From a bacterium (GTDB lineage Bacteria > UBA8248), in the NCBI GenBank assembly GCA_965261085.1, contig OZ253442.1, positions 3,104,001 through 3,168,000 on the forward strand: a stretch of 64,000 nt of DNA, written 5' to 3'. The notes beneath the pieces were generated by a model that was given only the letters and a program-made list of their open reading frames with translations, ran no database searches and was not told the origin of the DNA. Shown one piece after another: positions 1 to 9,607 of the stretch; position 1 is the first letter of the stretch; every line of letters begins with the position of its first letter. The position numbers and the translations under genes are program-made.

Positions 1-626
1 TTGGTGATCATGATTTCAGACAAGGTCTTGGATGGGTCCGCCAGCAAGAGTTGTCGCAAAGTAATCACGCCTCTCAGGCAACCATTCGAATCGATGACAT
101 ACACATAGAAAATGTAGTCCACCTCGCTGGCTTTCCGCACCCGCGAGATCGCCTCATCCACCGTGATGTCCTCGTGAAGGGCCACGTAAGAATCCGTCAT
201 GATGGCGCCTGCGGTTTCCGGCAAATAAGCCATCATGTCCTGAATGGCTTCCGTTTCCGGCGCATCGAGGAGCGCGACGATTTCCTGGGAACGCTCCTCG
301 GGCAGGGTTTCCAGAATATATCTCGCGTCGTCGCTGTCTAATTCCTTGATGAGTGGGACCACATCTTCATTCGACACCGGCTCCAGGAGTTCTCGAACGA
401 TATGAGAATCCGATTCCGTGAGAATCGAGGCGCGATGCTCCTGGTTTCGAACGAGGGAAAACGCCTCTTGGCGTTCTTCGGGAAGGAAATGCTGAAAAAT
501 CTGCGCCACTTCGGCCGCGTGCATTTTTTCCAGCGCATTGGAGAGATTGGCATCGGCCTTATGTCTCAAAAGCCGGCGCACCATGTCTTCTACGCGAAGA
601 AGTCTCGGATCACGCTCGTTCACCAT
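1..626 (-). CDS. mgtE: Magnesium transporter MgtE, N-terminal and CBS domains (runs off the window start)
   Basis: Manual translation from ATG at 626: MVNERDPRLF...MHAAEVAQIF...ELDSDDARYILETLPEE...PETAGAIMT...DYIFYVYVIDSNGCLRGVITLRQLLLADP. These are typical MgtE N-domain and CBS motifs; the ORF is missing from the supplied track. Confidence 0.9.
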   Translation of the reverse strand, partial: MVNERDPRLLRVEDMVRRLLRHKADANLSNALEKMHAAEVAQIFQHFLPEERQEAFSLVRNQEHRASILTESDSHIVRELLEPVSNEDVVPLIKELDSDDARYILETLPEERSQEIVALLDAPETEAIQDMMAYLPETAGAIMTDSYVALHEDITVDEAISRVRKASEVDYIFYVYVIDSNGCLRGVITLRQLLLADPSKTLSEIMIT

Positions 627-825
627 GGTTGGCGCCCCAGGAAATCACGCAAACACAGCGTCCAAAAGGGCGTAGAGTCTATTGGACACCATAGGGAGTG
701 TCAATCATCTTGTGTTACGGGCGAACATAGCATATCTTGGGGTGGGATTGTTGGTTGCGTCGCCGGGTATGTTCACTCGCGCGGCCATCATGATATCGCC
801 CAACTACTCTGGGGAGTGCCTCACT

Positions 826-2541
826 ATCGCTAGACTTCATGGTCGCCTCACCGGGCTGAAGCCCAAGCAAATGAAGGTTTTGGAAAGGGTTTACCGCCGG
901 AAGGTGCCCCCCGATCAATTCATTCATTTAGAGCTCGGTCGTGAATTGGCGCTTCTGTCTCATAAAATCTCGCGTCAGATCGGACTGCTCATTGATCGCC
1001 TAGGCGTAGTGCGCTACGTGATTATCGGCGATGCAAAGGGAATCGAAATACCGGAGCTCGGCCGCGCACGCGCCGGAATGGCAAGACTCAGAGGCCTTCG
1101 GTGCGTTCATACACACTTAAACGCCTCCCCGCTGTCCCAGGAAGATCTAACGGATATGGCCCTCCTCCGTCTCGACGCAATGGGGGTTATCGAGGTGCTG
1201 GAAGACGGGAATACGGGCCGCTTCCACATGGCGCACATCACTCCTCGGCCTCCCGATGAAAACCACCACGATAACGGCAACGGCGCATTCGTGGAGAATC
1301 GCGCTCCCTGGGAAATTCAGTCATTCCCCAATCTCGAATCGAACCGGATTAACATCGAAGCTCTCATCAACTCCTTAGAAAGTGAATTCTCCCGCCTCCA
1401 AAAATCATCCATCCAACTCGAAGAGGGAGAGCGCGCCTTGCTGGTGCATCTCGACACGGGGCAGAATACGAACCGCTCAGCCGAAATCGAGTTTGAAGAA
1501 CTGGCTCTTCTCACACGCGAGGCCGGTTTCATACCTTGTGGGAACATTCTACAGCGCCGAAAAAAACCGGACCCTCGTTTCGTCATCGGCAAAGGCCGGC
1601 TGGCCGATGTCCTGATGAACTCGATGCAGGTGGGAGCCGAGGCGTTGTTCTTCTCCAAGGAGTTGACGCCCTCACAAATTAAAAATTTAGCTGATTTCAC
1701 CGATCTGAAAATTCTCGACCGGACACAGATCATCCTCGATATCTTTGCCCAAAGTGCCAAGAGCCGCGTGGGAAAACTTCAGGTGGAACTGGCTTTATTG
1801 CGATATACCCTGCCCCGCATCTCCTCCCAACACACGGCCCTGAGCAGACTCACCGGCGGCATCGGCGGCAGGGGACCGGGTGAAACAAAACTGGAAATTC
1901 ACCGCCGCCGCGCATTCGAGCGCATTCGCAGGGTGGAGAAAGAACTCGAAAATCTACAAAAAAAACGCTCTCAGGGCAGGCAACTCCGCCAGCGTCGTGA
2001 AGTACCGGTTCTCTCTCTGGTGGGCTATACCAATGCGGGGAAATCGACACTGCTGAACGCCTTAACGAATAGCGAGGTAATCGCCGAGAATCGACTCTTC
2101 GCCACCTTGGACACATCAAGCCGAAGGCTCAGGCTCCCTCGCGAGCAAGAAGTGATTATCACGGACACCGTCGGTTTTATTCACGACCTCCCCCAGGAAT
2201 TGATAGGAGCTTTCCGCTCCACATTGGAGGAACTGAGTGAAGCGGACCTCCTCCTTCATGTGATTGACGCCTCATCCCCACATTGTGAGGACAACCTCAC
2301 GTCGGTAGAGAAAATCCTGGCAGATATTGGGCTGAAAGACACGCCTCTCATTCGGGTTTTTAATAAAATGGACCAGACGGATGATATCCGCCTGGCCAAT
2401 CTGTGTCGTCGATTCAACGGCATCGCCGTGAGCGGCATAGACCCCGAGAGCCTTCTTCCCCTGGTGGAGGAAGCCGCGCACCGCCTATCGAGCATGGACA
2501 AGCATGATGATATGGAAAAATACGAACAAATCGCAAACTAA
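826..2541 (+). CDS. hflX: Ribosome-splitting GTPase HflX, long N-terminal form; probable non-canonical ATC start at 826 (ORF track starts at 682)
   Basis: GYTNAGKSTL (G1), LFATLD (G2), DTVGFI (G3), NKMD (G4), GGIGGRGPGETKLE, ILDIFA. The long-form N-domain reads HGRLTGLKPKQ...RQIGLLIDR. Confidence 0.95.
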   Translation: MARLHGRLTGLKPKQMKVLERVYRRKVPPDQFIHLELGRELALLSHKISRQIGLLIDRLGVVRYVIIGDAKGIEIPELGRARAGMARLRGLRCVHTHLNASPLSQEDLTDMALLRLDAMGVIEVLEDGNTGRFHMAHITPRPPDENHHDNGNGAFVENRAPWEIQSFPNLESNRINIEALINSLESEFSRLQKSSIQLEEGERALLVHLDTGQNTNRSAEIEFEELALLTREAGFIPCGNILQRRKKPDPRFVIGKGRLADVLMNSMQVGAEALFFSKELTPSQIKNLADFTDLKILDRTQIILDIFAQSAKSRVGKLQVELALLRYTLPRISSQHTALSRLTGGIGGRGPGETKLEIHRRRAFERIRRVEKELENLQKKRSQGRQLRQRREVPVLSLVGYTNAGKSTLLNALTNSEVIAENRLFATLDTSSRRLRLPREQEVIITDTVGFIHDLPQELIGAFRSTLEELSEADLLLHVIDASSPHCEDNLTSVEKILADIGLKDTPLIRVFNKMDQTDDIRLANLCRRFNGIAVSGIDPESLLPLVEEAAHRLSSMDKHDDMEKYEQIAN

Positions 2542-3211
2542 TCTTAAAACTGAAAGAAAATTTCTCTTTTTGTCTATTTTGCTGATGGGCTTTCTGGCTG
2601 GAGGTTGTGCTGGAACCGGTCTTTCGTCGAAAGATATCTGGGAAAAGACGAAATCTACCGCTCACTCCGCATACATCAAGACCCAGCGAGCCGTTACGAA
2701 CACCCTGATCTCCATAGGGAAATATCAGCGAGAAAACGCAAACAAACAACAAGCTAGCAGCGAAACAAAAAATACGAATGACAAAAACGCAAAAAACAAA
2801 ACAAAAACCACTCCCCGGCCCTCTGAAACACCCCGTTTTCAGGATCGGTTTCCATCCAGAACTCCGTCTGTGATGGAAGAAAACCTGAGTCACGAAAAAA
2901 CTCGGTAGACCACCAAGGGAATCACACAGGGAATCACACAGGGCGAAAACTCAAGAGAAATGTTTTTGGCGCCACGCTCGCCCATGGCACCGGAAGAATT
3001 TCGACAACGCATCCGAGAGATCGAACTAGAACGAATTCGCCCAAAAAACCCTGAGAAGAAACGCAGGCTGGCTCATGAGCGGAGGAAATGAGAGCGAATG
3101 TTAAGCAAAGCAAAACAAGAAGAAGCCATTATCCAGGAAATGAATCAACTACGTTGCCGGTTGAGAGAATTACAAAAAGATTTCCTTAAAACCCAAAAAA
3201 CCAACAGTTAG
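2504..3211 (+). pseudogene. Putative lipoprotein with C-terminal coiled coil, interrupted by in-frame TAG (2906-2908) and TGA (3089-3091)
   Basis: Signal and lipobox FLFLSILLMGFLAGGC. The same frame continues past both stops as charged helical sequence (EEFRQRIREIELER...EEAIIQEMNQLRCRLRELQKD) to TAG 3209-3211. Confidence 0.5.
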
Positions 3212-5994
3212 GGAGTTAGCCTGTTTTTAGAATTACCCGATACCGTCACCAGGCATTCTTTACTCGGCTTCATGAAATGACGCGCGGCTTCTCTGACGGA
3301 ATTCATATCCACCCGTTCAATTTGCCGTTTTGTTTCTTCAAGCGTTTCCCAACCCAAGCCATGGACAAATCTGCCCGCCAGGTCGGCCGCTCTCGCATAG
3401 GCCCGCTGGTGACTGCGAGACAACCCTCCAATGAGATAAGACTTGGCCCGGTGGAATTCCTCATCACTGAGCCCTTGGAGGCTAACACGGGCAATTTCTT
3501 GCCGCATGAGGTCAATAGCGAGTTTTTCCTTACCCGCAGGGGTGGCCGCATAAATAGAGATGGGGCCCGGGTCTTGAGATTCATGAGAGGAAACGCTCAC
3601 ATCGTAGGCAAGGCCGCGCTTTTCTCTTAGTTCCAGGAATAGTCCTCCGCCCTGACTTCCCAGGGCTGCCGTGATGACGGCAAGCGCATGCCTTGCGGGA
3701 TCGTGAAAAGTCGTTCCCAAAAAAGACATATGGACATGGCTTTGCGACACTTCATCAAGCACATATGAGCGAAAACGCCTCCTCGAAAGACTTCTGGGCG
3801 GAGCGGGCTGAAGGACAGGCGTTTCCCGCGGAGCGCCTGCGGCCCAAGGCGTCAGCATTTCGGGGAGATACTTTTTCAAATACGAGACGTCGAAATTGCC
3901 GGCTACTGCCAGGACTAAATTCGCAGGCGATGTCCTTCTTCGCCATTCTCGCCTCAAAATCCTTTGGTTGAATGCGGCTATCGTCTTGGGAGTTCCAAGA
4001 GGATGGCGGCCCAATGGATGTTTTCCATATAAAAGCTGATACCCCTTGAGTCGGCAGCATTGCCCCAGATCATCGAGTTCGCTGTCGCGCTCCGCATTCA
4101 GCTCCGCCCGGGCGAATTCAACATCATCCTCATCAAAAGCGGGCGCAGACATGACCTCCACGAATTTTTCCATCACTTCGGGCAAAACTGCGCTGAGGCC
4201 AGAAGCAGTCAGCCCGAATGTAATTCTCCCGGCAAATCCATCGATACTGGCGCCCAAACCCTCCACCTCTTTCGTATGGACGAACGATGAACAATTCTGG
4301 GTCGCTATGGGAGCTACCGACATCATCAGGGCATGCAGCCCGCCCTGTCGGGCGGATTCATTTCTTTGCCCTCCGAGGAATACGGCCCGTAAAGAGAAAA
4401 CAAGCGGGCCGCCGTCGGGCAGCATGATCAAATACCCGCCACCGGGAAGTTTCGTCTCTATGGGTTTGTTCTTGGCTTTGGAGCGCGTTGTATTTTTGAC
4501 ATAGCTCCTTTTTTGTGAATCGACGCGAGTACAACCCAATGCAGCCGATATTTTCGCTACACCCCGGTTTCGATTCGCGTCGTTTCGTTGTTCCTCAAGA
4601 TTATTTTCGAATCCGTTCCATATCGCTTTTCGGATTCTTCGCACACCGACTCCTGGTGCTTCCCCCTTGGGCAAAAATACGCCAGCGGTCAATCGTGAAG
4701 GCGTTAAATATCGCCTCGCCACATCCGAGACATCATTCGCATTAACATCCATCACCATTTTCATGTACTTCAAATAATAATTCGCGTCCCCGGTAAGCAA
4801 CTCCGAATAACCCGCCACACGGGCGCGACCCGTCATGCTTTCGCGCCTGAATTCCAAACCCGTCAAATAATTCATACGTACCTTATCCAACTCACTTGGG
4901 CTTGCCGGCTTTTCCTCGATGATTTGTTTCGCTACCTGGAGGATATGTCCGGCGGCCTTCTCGACGTTTTCCGGTGCCGTATACCCGCCCAGGAAAAACA
5001 GTCCCGGCCCTCCAGACAAACAGGTGTCTGCAGAAACATCAAACATCAAGGAGGTGTCCATACAAAGATGTTCATATAGGCGGGAGCTTTCGCCCGCTCC
5101 GAGAACGATGCCGAGCACCTCTAGCGCGGGAGCATCCCGGTGGGTCAAAGGAGGAATTTCGAAGGCAAGATCGAGGTGCGCCGTTCCCGTGCGGCCACGC
5201 CGCACAACGATGCGCGGCCCTGCTTTCAGGGGGGCCGGCCCGGGAACTTTCGGCATTTTTCTGCGCCCGGGTTTCGGCCACTTGGTAAGCAATTTTTTTT
5301 GCCTTTTCTTCAAAATAGATTTGATTCTGGCAACATCGAAGGCACCGGCAAACACCAGGACGGCCGATGAGGGCAAATAGAGTTTCTCGTGATATTTTCT
5401 CAATTCTCCCGCATTTATATTCTTCAGCGTTCGCCGCGTGCCCAAAATAGCGCGGCCATAAGGGTGCCGATAGCCGTACGCCTCACGATAGAGATGATAT
5501 TGAAGCAACTGGTCCGGTTGTTCATAAGTGCGATTCAACTCGGAGAGGATGACCTGTCTTTCCTGGCGAACTTCGCTCTCCTCAAATCGTGGCCACCAAA
5601 GCGCATCGAGGAGCGCTTCCAGACACCCCTCGAATTTATCCGGCATCGATATCAGGTCATAATGGGTCGATTCGCTCGTCGTGTAGGCGTTAATGTCTCC
5701 ACCAGAAGACTCGGCCAGCGAAGCGAGTTCCCCTACTTCCAAATTTTGGGAACCCTTGAATATCATGTGCTCTAAAAAATGGGAGATGCCCTCGAGCGGG
5801 TCTGTTTCCGTGAGGCTGCCAACGCGAAACCATGCCTGCACGCTCACGGCGGGAGCTGTGGAATCCGGCAGGAAAAGACAGGCTGGGCCTCCCTTTACCC
5901 GGGAGACGAGAGGTTTTATATCTTTTGTGAACTCTTCGTCCATATCGCCTTGAAATTTCTTGAACCAGCATGAAATAGGCCTATTTTCGCCCAT
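3208..5994 (-). CDS. M16 family (pitrilysin/insulinase-like) zinc peptidase, fused two-half form
   Basis: HFLEHMIFKGS inverted HxxEH motif, INAYT, HPYGRAILG, and C-terminal half LFLELREKRGLAY. Confidence 0.9.
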   Translation of the reverse strand: MGENRPISCWFKKFQGDMDEEFTKDIKPLVSRVKGGPACLFLPDSTAPAVSVQAWFRVGSLTETDPLEGISHFLEHMIFKGSQNLEVGELASLAESSGGDINAYTTSESTHYDLISMPDKFEGCLEALLDALWWPRFEESEVRQERQVILSELNRTYEQPDQLLQYHLYREAYGYRHPYGRAILGTRRTLKNINAGELRKYHEKLYLPSSAVLVFAGAFDVARIKSILKKRQKKLLTKWPKPGRRKMPKVPGPAPLKAGPRIVVRRGRTGTAHLDLAFEIPPLTHRDAPALEVLGIVLGAGESSRLYEHLCMDTSLMFDVSADTCLSGGPGLFFLGGYTAPENVEKAAGHILQVAKQIIEEKPASPSELDKVRMNYLTGLEFRRESMTGRARVAGYSELLTGDANYYLKYMKMVMDVNANDVSDVARRYLTPSRLTAGVFLPKGEAPGVGVRRIRKAIWNGFENNLEEQRNDANRNRGVAKISAALGCTRVDSQKRSYVKNTTRSKAKNKPIETKLPGGGYLIMLPDGGPLVFSLRAVFLGGQRNESARQGGLHALMMSVAPIATQNCSSFVHTKEVEGLGASIDGFAGRITFGLTASGLSAVLPEVMEKFVEVMSAPAFDEDDVEFARAELNAERDSELDDLGQCCRLKGYQLLYGKHPLGRHPLGTPKTIAAFNQRILRREWRRRTSPANLVLAVAGNFDVSYLKKYLPEMLTPWAAGAPRETPVLQPAPPRSLSRRRFRSYVLDEVSQSHVHMSFLGTTFHDPARHALAVITAALGSQGGGLFLELREKRGLAYDVSVSSHESQDPGPISIYAATPAGKEKLAIDLMRQEIARVSLQGLSDEEFHRAKSYLIGGLSRSHQRAYARAADLAGRFVHGLGWETLEETKRQIERVDMNSVREAARHFMKPSKECLVTVSGNSKNRLTP

Positions 5995-6037
5995 GTAACT
6001 GATTCGACTTCACCTGAATCCAGAATTGGCGAATCTC

Positions 6038-6065
6038 TTGACTTCTAGCGAACGGAGCGTATCAT
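6038..6065 (+). promoter_or_regulatory. Sigma70-like promoter for the ferredoxin/UxaA operon
   Basis: TTGACT-N16-TATCAT about 100 bp upstream of 6169. Confidence 0.45.
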
Positions 6066-6168
6066 CTCCCTCTGGTAAAGTCATTCAGAAATGATGCCGA
6101 GAGATTTTGAAGCCTCACGCGAAAAAATTCCATAAGAGACTATCGCCAATTTGAAAAGAGGATAACTC

Positions 6169-6510
6169 GTGGAACATATCAAAAGGCATGTTTTCGTCTG
6201 CATCAACCAACGCCCGCCGACTCATCCGATGGGCTGTTGTCAGAGCAAGGGCAGCATCGAAGTCGCACAAGCGATCACAGAGGCCATTGGCTCGAATGAC
6301 GACCTCGCTGCGGATACGGCCATGGCGGGCGCGACTTGCCTGGGTCCGTGCACGATGGGCCCCACCCTGGTCGTCTACCCGGAGGGCGTCTGGTACACGG
6401 GCGTGAAGGTAGAGGACGTTCCTGAACTGATAGAGGAACACCTGAGAAACGGCCGCCCAGTCGAGAGACTGCGTCTGAGGCTGCCCGGAAACGTCGAAAG
6501 CGACGACTAG
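6169..6510 (+). CDS. Thioredoxin-like [2Fe-2S] ferredoxin
   Basis: HVFVC...GCC...CLGPC..GPTLVVYPEGVWY; RBS GAGGA upstream of the GTG start. Confidence 0.9.
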   Translation: MEHIKRHVFVCINQRPPTHPMGCCQSKGSIEVAQAITEAIGSNDDLAADTAMAGATCLGPCTMGPTLVVYPEGVWYTGVKVEDVPELIEEHLRNGRPVERLRLRLPGNVESDD

Positions 6511-6531
6511 AATGAAAATGGAGACTGCTCG

Positions 6532-6804
6532 ATGAGCCGTGGGCTGGTGATGCACTCGAAAGACAATGTGGCCACCGTGCTGGAGGACATCGCCTCCGGA
6601 CAAAGCGTGGAAATCGAAGGTGGTGAGAAAACGTTGATGATTTGCGCGACGGAAACGATTCCTTTCGGCCACAAGATCGCAATGGGCAAGATTCGCTCGA
6701 ACGCGAAAGTGCTCAAATACGGCGAGGTCATCGGCACCGCTACACAAAACATATCCGCCGGTAGCCACGTTCACGTCCACAACATCAAGAGCACCAGAGG
6801 TTAA
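6532..6804 (+). CDS. UxaA/SuyA-like small subunit (SAF domain)
   Basis: DNVAT...IPFGHKIA...KYGEVIG.AT..I..G.HVHVHN. Confidence 0.9.
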   Translation: MSRGLVMHSKDNVATVLEDIASGQSVEIEGGEKTLMICATETIPFGHKIAMGKIRSNAKVLKYGEVIGTATQNISAGSHVHVHNIKSTRG

Positions 6805-6806
6805 GT

Positions 6807-7985
6807 ATGCCCAGAAAAAAGGGCACCCCAACTTTCTGGGGCTACAGAAGGCCTGAGGGTCCTCCGGGCGGCCGAAATCATCTCGCCATTATCAGCGGGA
6901 TGGACAATTCAAACCCTATTGTCCGTAGAATCGGCTCATTGGTGCGAGACGCCACCCCTGTGAACACATCGTTCGGACGCGCTCTGATGGGTGAGGACGA
7001 GGAACAGCATTGGCGGGTAATGGGGCACACCGCTGCGCACCCCAACGTAGGGGCAGCCATAATCGTGAGCCTCGAACCCAAGAGCGCGAACGCCATCGCG
7101 GAAGTAGCCGCGAAAACATCCCCCTGGATGCCGATAGAATCCGTGAATATCCAGGAAATCGGGGGAACTCTCAGCACCACTTCTCATGTCGTGGAACTCG
7201 CCACCAAACTTTCCGCTCATCTTGCATCCGCCAAACGCGTCCGCTGTGAATTGGGCGAACTCACCATCGGCGCGGAATGTGGGGGCTCCGATACGACCAG
7301 CGGCGTCATTTCAAACCCCGTGACGGGAATGGTCGCCGATAAAGTCGTAGAGGCGGGGGGCTCGGTCATCTTTTCCGAAACATTGGAAATTGTGGGGGCC
7401 GAGCATCTTCTCGCCCGCCGGGCCGCAGACAGAAAAACGGCGCGGAGAATCATCGCTGCCGCCAAACGCGCCGTCGATTACGCCGAAAGCATCGGCGTCG
7501 ATTTCATCGGCTCGAATCCGGCGCCCGATAATATCCGGGGTGGACTCTCATCCATTGAGGAAAAAAGCCTGGGAGCCATCAAAAAAGCGGGCAGCCACCC
7601 CATCGTCGAGGTCGTCGGCGTGGGCGAGCGCCCCTCGAAGAAAGGCACCATATTCGCCGATGCCCCTTGCGCCGGCGTAGAAAACATATCTTCGCTCGCA
7701 GCCAGCGGAGCGCAAGCGATTATTTTCTCGACCGGCATCGGGAATCCGATCGGACATCCCATTTCTCCCACCATCAAGGTGACCGGAAATCCCCGAACCG
7801 CCCGGACTATGGCCGAGAACATCGATGTGGACATCAGCGGCGTCATGGAAGGGAGGATGCGCATCGATGAAGCGAGGGATTTGCTCGAAAAAGAACTAAT
7901 CGCGGTGATGAGTGGAAAACTCACGACATCAGAACTGTTGGGAGAGACCGAACTCACGGTCAGCCGGGCCGCACTAAGCCTCTAA
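6807..7985 (+). CDS. UxaA/GarD/SuyB-family dehydratase or lyase large subunit
   Basis: FWGYRR..G..GRN, HPNVGA, ECGGSDTTSG..SNP, GGLSSIEEKSLG, FSTGIG, PTIKV. Confidence 0.88.
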   Translation: MPRKKGTPTFWGYRRPEGPPGGRNHLAIISGMDNSNPIVRRIGSLVRDATPVNTSFGRALMGEDEEQHWRVMGHTAAHPNVGAAIIVSLEPKSANAIAEVAAKTSPWMPIESVNIQEIGGTLSTTSHVVELATKLSAHLASAKRVRCELGELTIGAECGGSDTTSGVISNPVTGMVADKVVEAGGSVIFSETLEIVGAEHLLARRAADRKTARRIIAAAKRAVDYAESIGVDFIGSNPAPDNIRGGLSSIEEKSLGAIKKAGSHPIVEVVGVGERPSKKGTIFADAPCAGVENISSLAASGAQAIIFSTGIGNPIGHPISPTIKVTGNPRTARTMAENIDVDISGVMEGRMRIDEARDLLEKELIAVMSGKLTTSELLGETELTVSRAALSL

Positions 7986-8031
7986 AACCTGTATTTGCAC
8001 TCACCTCAGCGAACAAAAAGAAGCCCGCAGC

Positions 8032-8544
8032 CTAAAAGCCCATTCCCACGATGAGTCGATTCCAGGCATTGATGAGCGCGATGGCGCCGAGAAGTTCCAC
8101 TATCTGCGCTTCTGAATAGTGCGCCTTCAGCGCTTCAAAAGTCTCATCGGAAACACTCACCCCCTGTGTACTTTCCTCACAAAGGCGCATCGCCGCTTTT
8201 TCCGGCTCATTGAAGACGTCGCTTGCGGAACCCTCTTGCGCGGCTTTTGTCTTCTCATCGCTCACTTTGTGCATCCTTGCCATGTTGGAATGCATGTTGA
8301 TGCAAAAATGGCATCCGTTGAGCACCGATGCGCGAATGTTCAGGACCTCCTTGAAACCGACCTCGATCTCTCCCGGACCATCCGCCACCGTGGTCAAGCT
8401 CAATAAAGAGCGCAAGAAATCGGGTTTATGGGCCAAAGCCTTCACCGGCGGAATCACGACGCCGAACTGCTTTTTCAGATTCTCCATGATACGTTTCGCG
8501 GATGCTTCCGCCTGCTCGGGCTCTAACTGGGAAATCCGTGGCAT
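8032..8544 (-). CDS. Carboxymuconolactone decarboxylase / AhpD-like protein
   Basis: ASVLNGCHFCINMH (CxxCxxxH) and QIVELLGAIALINAWNR. Confidence 0.88.
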   Translation of the reverse strand: MPRISQLEPEQAEASAKRIMENLKKQFGVVIPPVKALAHKPDFLRSLLSLTTVADGPGEIEVGFKEVLNIRASVLNGCHFCINMHSNMARMHKVSDEKTKAAQEGSASDVFNEPEKAAMRLCEESTQGVSVSDETFEALKAHYSEAQIVELLGAIALINAWNRLIVGMGF

Positions 8545-8777
8545 TCCATGCTCCTTAAATTGATTCGTCCGGGTATATGCTTGCGCACGAGAGATACGCC
8601 CATTCCACCGATATTTACGTCACCTGGAGGGTACTGGTCAATGAATACTTTGAAATCACTCCGTTAGCGCCATGAACCCGAATGAGCGCAAGCGCAAAAC
8701 ATCTTCTTTTGCTAAACTGTACTCCTGTGAATTTCATACTTTCCGCAGCATTCGCCTTAAACGAGTGGATGAATCCT

Positions 8778-9605
8778 ATGAACAAGCAGATTTCTTTACG
8801 AGAAGCCGCTTCACTCATCAAGGAAGGAGATGCGATTAGTCCTGGCGGCACTCTTCTGCATAGGACCCCTGCCGCCCTCGTGCGCGAAATTGCGCGCTCA
8901 GGCATCCGGCGTCTCACACTCATCAAGCCTTCTCCCGGCTATGACGCCGACCTCCTTTGCGCCGCAGGCGCCGTCGAGAGGGTCATCAGCGGCATCGTTA
9001 CGTTTGAAGCGGAATTCGGATTAGCGCCCCATTACAGAAAGGCGATTGAGAAGGGGTTGACCGGCCTCACCGAACACGCCTGAGCCAGCGTTCTCGCTGG
9101 GCTGCGGGCCGCAGCCTACGGCGTTCCTTTTCAACCCGTTCGCGGATTTGATGGGAGCGATATTCCGGAACACAGCGGTATTTTCACGATTGAAGACCCC
9201 TACACGAAAGAGGAACTGTATGCGATTCCCGCCCTGAAGCCGGACTGGGCATTGATTCACGTTCAAAAATCAGATGTACAGGGTAACGCCCAAATCCTGG
9301 GTAACCGGCAGTTCGACGTTGAAATGACGCGCGCGGCGCAAAAAGGAGTCATTCTCACAACCGAGAAAATCGTACCACCCGAAGAAATCGCATCAGAACC
9401 CGAGAGAACCACCATACCGGGTTTTCTCGTCAAAGCTGTCGTGGAAACACCGGGCGGGGCCTCGCCTTGTAGCTGCCACCCATACTATGAGGTGGACAAG
9501 GATGAAATGGGTCGTTACCTAACCCTGACCCAGAGCAAGGATGGCCTTCAAGAATATCTTGCCAGTACCGACCGGACACACACGCAAGACGCAGTGGGAA
9601 GATAG
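8778..9605 (+). CDS. Family I CoA-transferase subunit A (GctA/PcaI-like), about 275 aa if in-frame TGA 9081-9083 is read through, probably as Sec
   Basis: ORFs 8682..9083 and 9252..9605 share one frame with no other stop: ...GLTEHA*ASVLAGLRAAAYGVPFQPVRGFDGSD...DPYT..LYAIPALKPDWALIHVQKSD..GNAQI...TPGGASPCSC. A SECIS-like hairpin follows the TGA. Confidence 0.85.
9084..9122 (+). other. Candidate bacterial SECIS element
   Basis: After the TGA there is an upper stem GGCTGC/GCAGCC (nt +17 to +33) with a G-leading loop GGGCC at +23, extendable by G-U and U-A pairs, plus a lower GCC/GGC pairing. Confidence 0.6.
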
Positions 9606-9607
9606 CG

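Noticed and set aside
3089-3091. Second selenocysteine UGA
   Set aside because: The downstream sequence is A-rich without a hairpin, the context is a coiled coil, and the frame also contains an upstream TAG.
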